In this document: piece by piece, positions 9,037 through 18,703 of the stretch | Layout of the letters: each line of letters opens with the position of its first letter | Numbering within the stretch: position 1 is the first letter of the stretch | Source: a virus | Taxonomy: Duplodnaviria > Heunggongvirae > Uroviricota > Caudoviricetes | Virus record (IMG/VR): IMGVR_UViG_2541047864_000006 | Length of the DNA: 46,863 nt | Direction: 5' to 3' (one strand) | The notes under the pieces: model-generated | The model's input: only the letters and a program-made list of their open reading frames with translations | What the model was told of the DNA's origin: nothing | The model's database searches: none | Program-made: the position numbers and the translations under genes

Positions 9037-9265
9037 TCCGTTGATCCTCAATATTTGCCGTTTGCTTCAGCGTAAAAAAACATCAATTCCTACAGTTGGG
9101 CAGTGGTACACCACGCCTGCAGGGCATGTTCTACGTGTTAGCCTGGTTGACCGTGAATGTCAGAAGGTGATTTGTGAACCGCTGGGCCGTAATTACCGCA
9201 TCAGTATGCCGCTTATAGCCTTTTGCTCCGGAAAAAACATGAAGCATCTCGGAGGTGCAGCATGA
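9029..9265 (+). CDS. Hypothetical small protein
   Basis: 78-aa ORF, start overlaps upstream stop, end overlaps downstream start. Confidence 0.4.
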   Translation: MLNPLILNICRLLQRKKTSIPTVGQWYTTPAGHVLRVSLVDRECQKVICEPLGRNYRISMPLIAFCSGKNMKHLGGAA

Positions 9266-10080
9266 GTATGGAGCTGATGGTTAAAGCGATGAAAATTCGA
9301 GTGGGTAATCCATTGCGAAAACTGGTTCTGATCAAGCTGGCTGATAATGCCAGCGATCAGGGTGAGTGCTGGCCCAGCTACCAGCATATTGCTGACCAGT
9401 GCGAGATTAGCAAACGTTCTGTGATGAATCATATTGCGGCCCTTTGTGATTCCGGGCTGGTAAAAAAAGTCACCCGGAAAGGTGAAAAAGGTAACTCAAG
9501 TAATATCTATCTCCTTCATCTTGATGGTGCAGGAGATTCACTAGGGGGTAGTGCAAATAATTCACTATCTGGTGCAGCAAATTCACCAGGTAGTGCAGGA
9601 GTTGCACCAGGGGGTGGTGCAGGAGATTCACCCAGAACCAGTCACTCTTTTGAACCAGTCAAAGAACCAGTCAATGAACCAATAGCTGTTGGTGCATCTG
9701 CTGATGAGTCTGTGCGAGTTCGTTCAAACCGACCGGAATACTCTCCGGAGTTTGAGCAGGCATGGCTGGCATACCCCAAACGTGCTGGTGGCAATTCAAA
9801 ATCTGCAGCCTTCAAAGCCTGGAAAGCCCGTTTGAATGAGGGGGTAAAACCCGAAACCATGCTGGAAGGTGTGAAACGCTACGCGGGCTGGGTATCTGCG
9901 ATGGGTAACAGCGGCACACAATTTGTGAAACAGGCTGTCACGTTCTTTGGTCCGGATCGTCATTTCGAAGAATCCTGGGAAGTTCCTGCGGTATCTGCAG
10001 CCAGACGCGAGGACCCGTACTTCAAAGCCAGTTACGACAACGTGGACTACAGCCAGATCCCGGCAGGATTCAGGGGATAA
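9262..10080 (+). CDS. Putative replication initiator (N-terminal winged-helix, internal iterons)
   Basis: 272 aa from ATG 9262 (GGAGGTG SD); N-terminal HTH-like region; gene body contains five direct repeats, analogous to lambda ori within O. Confidence 0.6.
   Translation: MSMELMVKAMKIRVGNPLRKLVLIKLADNASDQGECWPSYQHIADQCEISKRSVMNHIAALCDSGLVKKVTRKGEKGNSSNIYLLHLDGAGDSLGGSANNSLSGAANSPGSAGVAPGGGAGDSPRTSHSFEPVKEPVNEPIAVGASADESVRVRSNRPEYSPEFEQAWLAYPKRAGGNSKSAAFKAWKARLNEGVKPETMLEGVKRYAGWVSAMGNSGTQFVKQAVTFFGPDRHFEESWEVPAVSAARREDPYFKASYDNVDYSQIPAGFRG
9526..9631. repeat. Five ~16-bp iterons (GGTGCAGGAGATTCAC-like) at 21-24-bp spacing; putative origin of replication
   Basis: Iteron starts at 9526, 9550, 9571, 9592, 9616; followed by three GAACCAGTCA direct repeats at 9635-9673. 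Confidence 0.55.
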
Positions 10081-10082
10081 TC

Positions 10083-10571
10083 ATGAGTCTTTTGAATGAA
10101 GTTCAGAAATTCATTGAAGCCCATCCGGGGTGTACTTCCGGAGACATTGCGGATGCTTTTGCAGGTTACTCACGGCAGCGCGTTCTGCAGTCTGCAAGCA
10201 AGTTACGTCAGAGTGGGCGTGTGGCTCACCGTTGTGAAGGATATACACGCAGACATTTCCCGCGCCTGACTGAGAGAGCGCAGGAGCCGGAACCACAACC
10301 AGTTCGTGAAACCAGACCTGTGCGCAATTTCTATGTCGGCACTAACGATCCCCGGGTGATTTTGTGCCTGACCCGCCAGGCTGAAGAACTGGAGTCCAGG
10401 GGCTTATACCGTCGTGCTGCAACCGTGTGGATGGCGGCATTCCGTGAAAGCCACTCCCAGCCAGAACGAAACAATTTTCTGGCACGTCGTGAGCGGTGCT
10501 TACGGAAAAGCAGCAAGCGCGCTGTATCGGGTGATGAGTGGTATCTGTCAGGGAATTACGTGGGGGCTTAA
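10083..10571 (+). CDS. Putative transcriptional regulator with PerC-like C-terminal region
   Basis: 162 aa; motif AEELESRGLYRRAATVWMAAF resembles the conserved PerC/Pch core (recall). Confidence 0.45.
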   Translation: MSLLNEVQKFIEAHPGCTSGDIADAFAGYSRQRVLQSASKLRQSGRVAHRCEGYTRRHFPRLTERAQEPEPQPVRETRPVRNFYVGTNDPRVILCLTRQAEELESRGLYRRAATVWMAAFRESHSQPERNNFLARRERCLRKSSKRAVSGDEWYLSGNYVGA

Positions 10572-11224
10572 TGAGTAATAAATATTGCCAGGAGCTGGTG
10601 GAGCTGCGGAACAAACCAGCCCATGAACTGAAGGAAGTGGGCGATCAGTGGCGCACGCCGGATAACATTTTCTGGGGAATTAACACCCTGTTTGGCCCGT
10701 TTGTCCTGGATCTGTTTACTGACGGTGATAACGCCAAATGTACCGCGTATTACACGGCGGAAGACAACGCGCTGGCGCATGACTGGTCAGAACGTCTTGC
10801 GGAGCTTAAAGGTGCTGCCTTTGGTAATCCCCCATACAGCCGCGCCAGTCAGCATGAGGGGCAATACATCACCGGCATGCGTTACATCATGAAACATGCC
10901 AGTGCCATGCGTGATAAAGGCGGGCGCTATGTTTTCCTGATCAAAGCTGCCACCAGCGAAGTGTGGTGGCCGGAAGATGCAGATCATATTGCTTTTATTC
11001 GCGGGCGTATTGGTTTTGAACTGCCTGCCTGGTTTATCCCGAAAGATGAGAAGCAGGTGCCGACAGGCGCTTTCTTCGCTGGTGCTATTGCTGTTTTCGA
11101 CAAGACCTGGAAGGGACCGGCAATCAGCTACATCGGGCGCGATGAACTTGAGGCATGTGGTGAGGCGTTTCTGGCGCAGGTTCGCCAGCAGGCGGAAAAA
11201 CTGGTCAGGGAGATGGCGGCATGA
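10571..11224 (+). CDS. Phage DNA N6-adenine methyltransferase
   Basis: 217 aa from ATG 10571 (TAATG overlap); catalytic NPPY motif (AFGNPPYS). Confidence 0.8.
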   Translation: MSNKYCQELVELRNKPAHELKEVGDQWRTPDNIFWGINTLFGPFVLDLFTDGDNAKCTAYYTAEDNALAHDWSERLAELKGAAFGNPPYSRASQHEGQYITGMRYIMKHASAMRDKGGRYVFLIKAATSEVWWPEDADHIAFIRGRIGFELPAWFIPKDEKQVPTGAFFAGAIAVFDKTWKGPAISYIGRDELEACGEAFLAQVRQQAEKLVREMAA

Positions 11225-11547
11225 CGACTTTAACTCAATGCCAGCAGCAGGTGCTGGATATGCTGATTTCTTATCAGAAAGAACGTGGCTTCCCGCCAAC
11301 CAATCAGGAGGTGGCAACCATGCTGGGATACCGTTCAGTGAATGCAGCGGTGGAGCATCTTCGCGCACTGGAGAAAAAAGGCGTCATCACGATAAAGCGT
11401 GGTGTGGCCCGGGGGATCACGCTTCATACCGTGGTGAAGGACGACGACAGCGAGGCGGTCGGGATTATCCGCTCACTGCTTGCCGGTGAGGAAAACGCCA
11501 GGCTGCGTGCAGCCCACTGGTTACATGAGAGGGGCCTGAAAGTATGA
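11221..11547 (+). CDS. LexA N-terminal DNA-binding-domain paralog lacking the S24 peptidase domain
   Basis: 108 aa; clear similarity to the E. coli LexA N-terminal domain including the recognition-helix segment RSxNAAxEHL. Confidence 0.75.
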   Translation: MTTLTQCQQQVLDMLISYQKERGFPPTNQEVATMLGYRSVNAAVEHLRALEKKGVITIKRGVARGITLHTVVKDDDSEAVGIIRSLLAGEENARLRAAHWLHERGLKV

Positions 11548-11939
11548 AGCTGATCCTGCCTTTTCCGCCCAGCGTGAACACGTACTGGCGACACCCCAAC
11601 AAAGGGGCGTTTGCTGGTAAGAGCCTGATAAGCGCGGCGGGGCGAAAATTCCAGAGCGCGGCGTGTGCAGCAATAGTTGAGCAGTTACGTCGTCTGCCAA
11701 AACCAACGTCGGCACCTGCTTCAGTGGAGATCGTGTTGTTTCCTCCGGATAACCGGATCCGCGATCTGGACAACTATAACAAGGCGCTGTTTGACGCCCT
11801 GACCCACGCGGGTGTGTGGGAAGACGACAGTCAGGTGAAAAGAATGCTGGTGGAGTGGGGACCGGTTATCCCGGAGGGGAAGGTCGAGATCACTATCAGT
11901 AAGTACGAAAAAGCGAGTTGCAAATTAGCAACTCGGTAA
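11544..11939 (+). CDS. rusA: RusA Holliday-junction resolvase
   Basis: 131 aa; N-terminal LPFPPSVNTYWRH and DLDNYNKALFDALT motifs characteristic of RusA. Confidence 0.85.
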   Translation: MKLILPFPPSVNTYWRHPNKGAFAGKSLISAAGRKFQSAACAAIVEQLRRLPKPTSAPASVEIVLFPPDNRIRDLDNYNKALFDALTHAGVWEDDSQVKRMLVEWGPVIPEGKVEITISKYEKASCKLATR

Positions 11940-11984
11940 CGGAATTGAGCAACACCCTAAATTTGGGTATTACCTCGTTAAAGA

Positions 11985-12004
11985 TACTGTATTTATGAAC
12001 AGTG
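11985..12004. promoter_or_regulatory. LexA (SOS) box TACTGT-N8-ACAGTG upstream of KilA-N gene
   Basis: CTGT(11987-11990)-ATTTATGA-ACAG(11999-12002), matching CTGT-N8-ACAG consensus; ~100 nt upstream of ATG 12102. Confidence 0.6.
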
Positions 12005-12101
12005 TATCCTTGATAACTATTAAAAATCGCAGTAAGTTCATCCTGCATCAACGAAAAGGGAGTGCAGTCCCGCTCGTGGATAAAAATTTGTGGAGAAACC
12101 A

Positions 12102-12917
12102 ATGAATCAGTTGCTTGTAATTGATGGCGTTTCTGTGCGCCAGTACTTCGAATCTAACTACTGTCTTAACGACCTTCAGAAAGCTGCTCTTCTTGCCGCT
12201 GGTGAGAATCGCTCCTCCCGTTCGCTGGAAGTTCACGAGTTTATGCGTCGTCCTGAAACGAAGGCTCTTGTGGAATTATTGGAAGAAGAAACTACGGGAG
12301 ATTCCCGTAGTATTCCTGTCATCACCATTCAGGGGCGCAATGGTGGGACGTATGTCTGTAAAGAGCTGGTCTATGCATATGCAATGTGGATCAGCCCGGC
12401 ATTCAGCTTAAAAGTGATACGTACTTTTGATGCGCTTCATAATTCATCACCAGAAGAAACCACATCCGACAAAATTAAATCCGGGGTCATTCTGCTTGAA
12501 TCAGCAGCAAAGACTCTAAATCTGTCAAACTCCTCGAAACTTGGTGCATACCAGAAATTATCAAAGGTAGCTGGTCTTCCTGAACTTATGCCGATCTATG
12601 CCATTGATGCACCTGCTGATGCGCCAGATGGTTCAAGCCGCCCTACGCTGTCGCTGAGTGCACTGCTGAAGCAGTATGGTATCCGCCTGACGGCTAATCA
12701 GGCATATCACCAGATGGCGAAGCTGGGGATCGTTGAACAACGCGAACGATACAGTCGTACCGCGATTAACAACATCAAAAAATTCTGGTCGCTGACCGCG
12801 AAAGGCTGCATGTTCGGCAAGAACATCACCAGTCCTGCAAATCCGCGCGAGACGCAGCCGCATTTCTTCGAATCCCGATTCCCTGAGCTGTTAAAGCTGC
12901 TCGATACCGTTCATTGA
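12102..12917 (+). CDS. KilA-N domain protein (antirepressor-like)
   Basis: 271 aa from ATG 12102 (GGAG SD 6 nt upstream); N-terminal KilA-N/APSES-like region (GTYVCKELVYAYAMWISPAF). Confidence 0.7.
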   Translation: MNQLLVIDGVSVRQYFESNYCLNDLQKAALLAAGENRSSRSLEVHEFMRRPETKALVELLEEETTGDSRSIPVITIQGRNGGTYVCKELVYAYAMWISPAFSLKVIRTFDALHNSSPEETTSDKIKSGVILLESAAKTLNLSNSSKLGAYQKLSKVAGLPELMPIYAIDAPADAPDGSSRPTLSLSALLKQYGIRLTANQAYHQMAKLGIVEQRERYSRTAINNIKKFWSLTAKGCMFGKNITSPANPRETQPHFFESRFPELLKLLDTVH

Positions 12918-12918
12918 G

Positions 12919-13914
12919 GTGACCGTGAGAGCACTACTGACCCCTGAAATTGCCCCGCGTATGGGGATCGTATTGTTCAGACCAGGTTCAGAGCTGATGC
13001 CCTTGTTTATGCAGGGGCGTGTCCTGCTGGAGCCTGAGCCGGAACGTTATTCATCTTTCGCCAGTGGTGCCGTTCCGGCGGCATCACAACCGCTGGCGGA
13101 TGATCCTGCCGTTCGGGCCGTGTTCCGCAATGAGGCAGTGATCCGTCGTGCTGGTGGCGTGGAATGTCTTGAAAGCTGGTTACTTCGTGAAAAAGGCTGC
13201 CAGTGGCCTCATTCCGACTGGCACAGCGAGAATATGACAACAATGCGACACGCTCCGGGCGCAATCCGTCTGTGCTGGCACTGCGATAACCAGCTGCGCG
13301 ATCAGTTCACGGAACGGCTGGAATCAATGGCAACGGATAACTGTGCCCGCTGGGTGTTGTCTGTTGTGCGTCGGGATCTCGGTTTTGATGACAGTCATGT
13401 TGTGACAATGCAGGAACTGTGCTGGTGGCTGATTCGTAATGATCTGGCGGATGCCTTACCGGAAAGTGCAGCCCGTAAGGCACTGAGATTACCGAAGCCT
13501 GTTGTGCCGTCTGTTACCCGGGAAAGTGACCTTGTGCCTTCGGTTCCTGCCACCAGCATCATCCAGGATAAGGCGAAAAAGGTGCTGGCGCTGAAAGTGG
13601 ATCCGGAGTCGCCGGAGTCTTTTATGTTACGCCCAAAACGTCACCGCTGGGTTAATGAAAAGTACACGCGCTGGGTTAAGACGCAGCCGTGCGCATGTTG
13701 TGGAAAACCTGCTGATGATCCCCACCACCTGATAGGCCACGGTCAGGGGGGAATGGGTACAAAAGCGCATGACCTTTTTGTGTTGCCTTTGTGCAGAAAG
13801 CATCACGACGAGCTGCATGCGGATACCGTGGCATTTGAAGAGAAGTATGGCTCCCAGCTGGAGCTGATATTTCGTTTTATCGATCGTGCGCTGGCAATAG
13901 GCGTACTGGCGTAA
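12919..13914 (+). CDS. DUF968-like protein with C-terminal Cys/His zinc-binding (HNH-like) region
   Basis: 331 aa, GTG start; C-terminus CACCGKPADDPHHLIGH...CRKHHDELH; position just upstream of Q as in Qin ydfU (recall). Confidence 0.6.
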   Translation: MTVRALLTPEIAPRMGIVLFRPGSELMPLFMQGRVLLEPEPERYSSFASGAVPAASQPLADDPAVRAVFRNEAVIRRAGGVECLESWLLREKGCQWPHSDWHSENMTTMRHAPGAIRLCWHCDNQLRDQFTERLESMATDNCARWVLSVVRRDLGFDDSHVVTMQELCWWLIRNDLADALPESAARKALRLPKPVVPSVTRESDLVPSVPATSIIQDKAKKVLALKVDPESPESFMLRPKRHRWVNEKYTRWVKTQPCACCGKPADDPHHLIGHGQGGMGTKAHDLFVLPLCRKHHDELHADTVAFEEKYGSQLELIFRFIDRALAIGVLA

Positions 13915-13927
13915 GTGGAGAACGAGC

Positions 13928-14680
13928 ATGAACCTTGAAGCCTTACCAAAATATTACTCCCCAAAATCTCCAAAATTGAGTGATGACGCACCGGCGACAG
14001 GCTCTGGTGGTTTAACGATTACGGATGTGATGGCTGCGCAGGGGATGGTGCAATCGAAAGCACCGCTTGGGTTTGCCTTATTCCTGGCAAAAGTTGGTGT
14101 TCAGGATCCTCAGTTTGCGATTGAAGGTCTGCTCAATTACGCGATGGCACTGGATAACCCGACATTGAATAAATTGAGTGAAGAAACCCGGCTACAGATT
14201 ATTCCTTACCTTGTGAATTTTGCCTTTGCTGATTATTCCAGGTCTGCGGCAAGTAAGGCTCGTTGTGAGCATTGTGCTGGTACTGGATTTCATAATGTAT
14301 TGCGCGAAGTGGTGAAACACTCCAGAAGCGGGGAATCTGTTATCAAAGAAGAGTGGGTGAAGGAACTATGTCAGCATTGCCATGGTAAGGGAGAAGTCAG
14401 CACAGCGTGCAGAGGGTGTAAGGGTAAAGGTATTGTCCTGGATGAAAAAAGGACCCGGCTTCATGGCACACCTGTTTATAAGATTTGTGGGCGTTGCAAT
14501 GGAAAACGGTTTAGTCGTTTACCAACCACACTGGCGCGGCATCATGTCCAGAAGCTGGTACCGGACCTGAGTGATTATCAGTGGTATAAAGGATATGCAA
14601 ATGTCATTGATAAACTGGTTACAAAGTGCTGGCAGGAGGAATCTTACGCTGAAGCACAATTGAGAAAGGTGACGAGATAA
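13928..14680 (+). CDS. Late-gene antiterminator Q
   Basis: 250 aa; multiple CxxC zinc-finger motifs; immediately upstream of pR'-tR' module. Confidence 0.75.
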   Translation: MNLEALPKYYSPKSPKLSDDAPATGSGGLTITDVMAAQGMVQSKAPLGFALFLAKVGVQDPQFAIEGLLNYAMALDNPTLNKLSEETRLQIIPYLVNFAFADYSRSAASKARCEHCAGTGFHNVLREVVKHSRSGESVIKEEWVKELCQHCHGKGEVSTACRGCKGKGIVLDEKRTRLHGTPVYKICGRCNGKRFSRLPTTLARHHVQKLVPDLSDYQWYKGYANVIDKLVTKCWQEESYAEAQLRKVTR

Positions 14681-14711
14681 GTGATTTTCGCCGAAGATGG
14701 CGACGTGATGC

Positions 14712-14740
14712 TTGCATTTTTCAAAAAATATGGATAAAAT
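14712..14740 (+). promoter_or_regulatory. Late promoter pR' (-35 TTGCAT, 17-bp spacer, -10 TAAAAT)
   Basis: Hexamers 14712-14717 and 14735-14740, ~30 nt after Q stop. Confidence 0.5.
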
Positions 14741-14787
14741 TTTTTCAACGATGGGCTTTGTATACCCGAAGTTAAGAAAAAGTAGAA

Positions 14788-14812
14788 AACCCGCTGATGA
14801 GCGGGTTTTTGT
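14788..14812 (+). terminator. Rho-independent terminator (tR'-like, Q-antiterminated)
   Basis: Stem CCCGCT/AGCGGG with GATG loop then TTTTT, ~50 nt downstream of predicted pR' start. Confidence 0.65.
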
Positions 14813-15102
14813 GCTTTAAATAGGGTAATAGAGATGTTGAATCTCATTACGGGATTCATGTTAGTTTACTTATTATTTATCGGGTGACTTTGTTTTTTGC
14901 CTGATGTTTAAAATGTTTTCTTCCAGTACAATGTCCATAGATACAATGAGTTTGCTTATTACATTATTAGCAGAGCTATTAAGGTCAAAGTACAGCATAA
15001 GCTTTTAAAGCCAATCAACCAGTCATCAAGACAGACGGGTTTATTCATGAAAACTCTCCATGTTTGATTCGATGGGGCTTGAAGTTAAAGCTTTAATATA
15101 GC

Positions 15103-15315
15103 TCATGAAAGGTAAACATTGGCAGCTGATGGTCCACGCAGGCCATTTATCCGGCAAAATTCCACGCGTAATCCGGTGGTAATTTCTTCTGCATCGCGGA
15201 GATTGAGCGCTGAAACATGAAGCTGGACATCGATACGACCATTGGATGGGGTTATAAGACCTTTGCCGCTTTTGCCGTCAAAGGTTTTGAGAATTCCTGT
15301 CATTTTACGGGACAA
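15103..15315 (-). CDS. cspF: Cold-shock protein, CspF-like
   Basis: 70 aa, CSD fold; strongly resembles E. coli CspF (recall); start codon appears to be TTG with AAGGAA SD. Confidence 0.8.
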   Translation of the reverse strand: MSRKMTGILKTFDGKSGKGLITPSNGRIDVQLHVSALNLRDAEEITTGLRVEFCRINGLRGPSAANVYLS

Positions 15316-15614
15316 AAAATTCCTTAATACTGATAACTTGGCGCACTATACACACGTTCCTGAAGAAAGCTATAGTTTTTTGATGGGGTTGAAGATGGCT
15401 GGATGTCTAAAATAAACATTGCTTCATATGTTCAACTATGCGTTAATGATTGCGTCGGTTTGAAGAACAGACGATATACGAAGTAGTTTACTAAAGCAGT
15501 TCTCATTTCAGGTGTTATTCACTTATTCCTTCTTTGAGTCTCTCCAATTAAGTACGAAGTCGTTTCTGTTATACAAGCCATTTATGCCGAAAGGCTCAAG
15601 TTAAGGAATGTAGA

Positions 15615-15830
15615 ATGTCAAATAAAATGACTGGTTTAGTAAAATGGTTTAACGCTGATAAAGGTTTTGGCTTTATTTCTCCTGTTGATGGTAGTAAAGA
15701 TGTGTTTGTGCATTTTTCTGCGATTCAGAATGATAATTATCGAACCTTATTTGAAGGTCAAAAGGTTACCTTCTCTGTAGAGAGTGGTGCTAAAGGTCCT
15801 GCAGCAGCAAATGTCATAATTACTGATTAA
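15615..15830 (+). CDS. cspB: Cold-shock protein, CspB-like
   Basis: 71 aa; near-identical to E. coli CspB by recall ([21 protein letters not shown]); long AT-rich 5' leader; divergent from cspF. Confidence 0.9.
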   Translation: MSNKMTGLVKWFNADKGFGFISPVDGSKDVFVHFSAIQNDNYRTLFEGQKVTFSVESGAKGPAAANVIITD

Positions 15831-16112
15831 AATTCATAGTTTGTCTGTATACGATAACGAAGAAGGCTGATGCCTGAGTGGAGATACAGACAGAGTGGTG
15901 AATATTGGATCTCTTTAATAAATAGTAAGGAGGTCCAATACATGAAACAATGGCCAGCATATTTGGCAATAACTTAATCAGGAAAAGTATGCTAACCATT
16001 GTGGTGAAGTGCAGGTTTGCTGCATGAATAGTTTTACAGCAGAAGCTAACTGCTGGCATAGCAAAACAAAGTGCGTAAGTGGATGACTCCCACAAAAAGT
16101 ACCACAATATTA

Positions 16113-16136
16113 AACCCGCTCAGGCGGGTTTTTTAT
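16113..16136 (+). terminator. Rho-independent terminator downstream of cspB
   Basis: Stem CCCGC/GCGGG with TCAG loop followed by TTTTTTATT. Confidence 0.6.
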
Positions 16137-16193
16137 TATCTGCTTTAAATATGTTATTAAAATATAAAAAATACTTGTTACGAATAAAATCAA

Positions 16194-16364
16194 TCAAGCT
16201 ACAGCTTTAAGATTTGTCTGGAATACTTTGTTGCAATGAGGGCAGATCAAAAGGGCACCTTTTTGTATTCTTGAAAAACTGTGTTCTGACTCTTGGGTGC
16301 AGTTTGGGCAGGAACATTTAACGAGATAATTACGGCGTGATTTTGAGTCTTTACGTTCTGACAT
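16194..16364 (-). CDS. Small zinc-ribbon protein (YnfU-like)
   Basis: 56 aa from ATG 16364; CxxC...CxxC (CPNC...CPHC); moderate SD. Confidence 0.5.
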   Translation of the reverse strand: MSERKDSKSRRNYLVKCSCPNCTQESEHSFSRIQKGALLICPHCNKVFQTNLKAVA

Positions 16365-16582
16365 AGGCTTTTCCTGTATAAATGGCCGTATACAGTACAC
16401 TAAATATGAAAACATATCTCGTATTATTATTTAACATATGATTTTCTTTTAAAATAATTACCCACATTTTTAATGTGTCTGTTTTTTAGCGCCGTTGAGA
16501 ACAACGTTTGCTATAAAAACTACCCCATAGACTCCGATCTTTTCAAACATATTGCACCATCTGTGTACATCGGGGTGAGGAT

Positions 16583-16798
16583 ATGAAATCAATGGATAAG
16601 TTAACAACAGGTATCGCCTATGGCACATCGGCTGGTAATGCTGGTTTCTGGGCATTGCAGTTACTCGATAAAGTAACTCCGTCACAGTGGGCTGCAATCG
16701 GTGTGCTGGGTAGTCTGGTATTTGGCTTGCTGACGTACCTGACAAACCTTTATTTCAAGATTAAAGAAGACAAGCGTAAGGTTGCACGGGGAGAGTAA
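16583..16798 (+). CDS. Holin (phage 21 S / EssD-EssQ-like)
   Basis: 71 aa; GAGG SD; transmembrane segments and charged C-terminus; resembles E. coli prophage holin EssD by recall. Confidence 0.85.
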   Translation: MKSMDKLTTGIAYGTSAGNAGFWALQLLDKVTPSQWAAIGVLGSLVFGLLTYLTNLYFKIKEDKRKVARGE

Positions 16799-16802
16799 TT
16801 CA

Positions 16803-17354
16803 ATGACACAAAACTATGAACTGATTGTGAAAGGGATCCGCAATTTTGAGAATAAAGTTGCGGTAACTGTAGCATTAAGGGACAAAAAACGCTTTGACGG
16901 TGAAATTTTTGACCTGGACATCTCGCTGGACCGTGTTGAAGGTGCCGCGCTGGAGTTTTATGAGGCAGCAGCCAGAAGGAGCATCAGACAGGTCTTCCTG
17001 GAAGTTGCAGCCGGGTTATGTGAAGGGGATGAGCAGTCGCCGGAAAAGCGCCCCATAATTTTAGAGGCGCAGAATGTGTGGATAACCTACAAAGGAAAGC
17101 TACCGGGAAGAATTACTGGTTCTCTGAAGACGCCACCGACGGCATTGCGGTCAGAAAAAGATGATATTGAATCGCCCATTGAAAAACTGGAGGGCAGCGT
17201 CGCTGATCTGAATAAAAAATTGTCGGTGCTGATTCCTTCTGAAGATGAAAAAAAACGCCGCGATGAGCAGTTTGCGGCGTTTTACGATTATTGCATTGAA
17301 GTTACTCGCAGGAATTTTGTGAAGATTTTTGAGGAGGGTAAATCTCTTCAGTAA
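16803..17354 (+). CDS. Hypothetical protein inserted between holin and endolysin
   Basis: 183 aa from ATG 16803, 5 nt after holin stop, GGAGAG SD; no TM segment; family not recognised. Confidence 0.5.
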   Translation: MTQNYELIVKGIRNFENKVAVTVALRDKKRFDGEIFDLDISLDRVEGAALEFYEAAARRSIRQVFLEVAAGLCEGDEQSPEKRPIILEAQNVWITYKGKLPGRITGSLKTPPTALRSEKDDIESPIEKLEGSVADLNKKLSVLIPSEDEKKRRDEQFAAFYDYCIEVTRRNFVKIFEEGKSLQ

Positions 17355-17562
17355 GCTTAATGGCGGACGCTGCAATTAATTCAGGAAGGTCCGCAAGGTC
17401 ATCTGTCAGTGGATATGATGAAAAATCGGCGGCAGTTCTGTTAAGAAGCGCTTTAACTAATTCCTTTTCCTTCTCCGGCAACAAGTTGATTAGGGCTACG
17501 ACTGCTTGCCTGAGTGCGATTAAATCAGCAAAAGTTTGTTTTGGTAGATTTGTGTAATCCAT
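17302..17562 (-). CDS. Hypothetical small acidic protein, antisense orientation inside lysis cassette
   Basis: 86 aa from ATG 17562 with AGAGGTG SD; 3' end overlaps 3' end of 16803-17354 by 53 bp (convergent). Confidence 0.45.
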   Translation of the reverse strand: MDYTNLPKQTFADLIALRQAVVALINLLPEKEKELVKALLNRTAADFSSYPLTDDLADLPELIAASAIKLTEEIYPPQKSSQNSCE

Positions 17563-17675
17563 AGTCACCTCTGTGTTTATCAGATTGACATCCTCCTCCC
17601 GCCAGTGCCCATCACTGGTGAGGTAAGATTTAACATATCCAGGGATTTGAAGCCGATAAATCCTGATAAATATCC

Positions 17676-18703
<1,028 letters not shown>

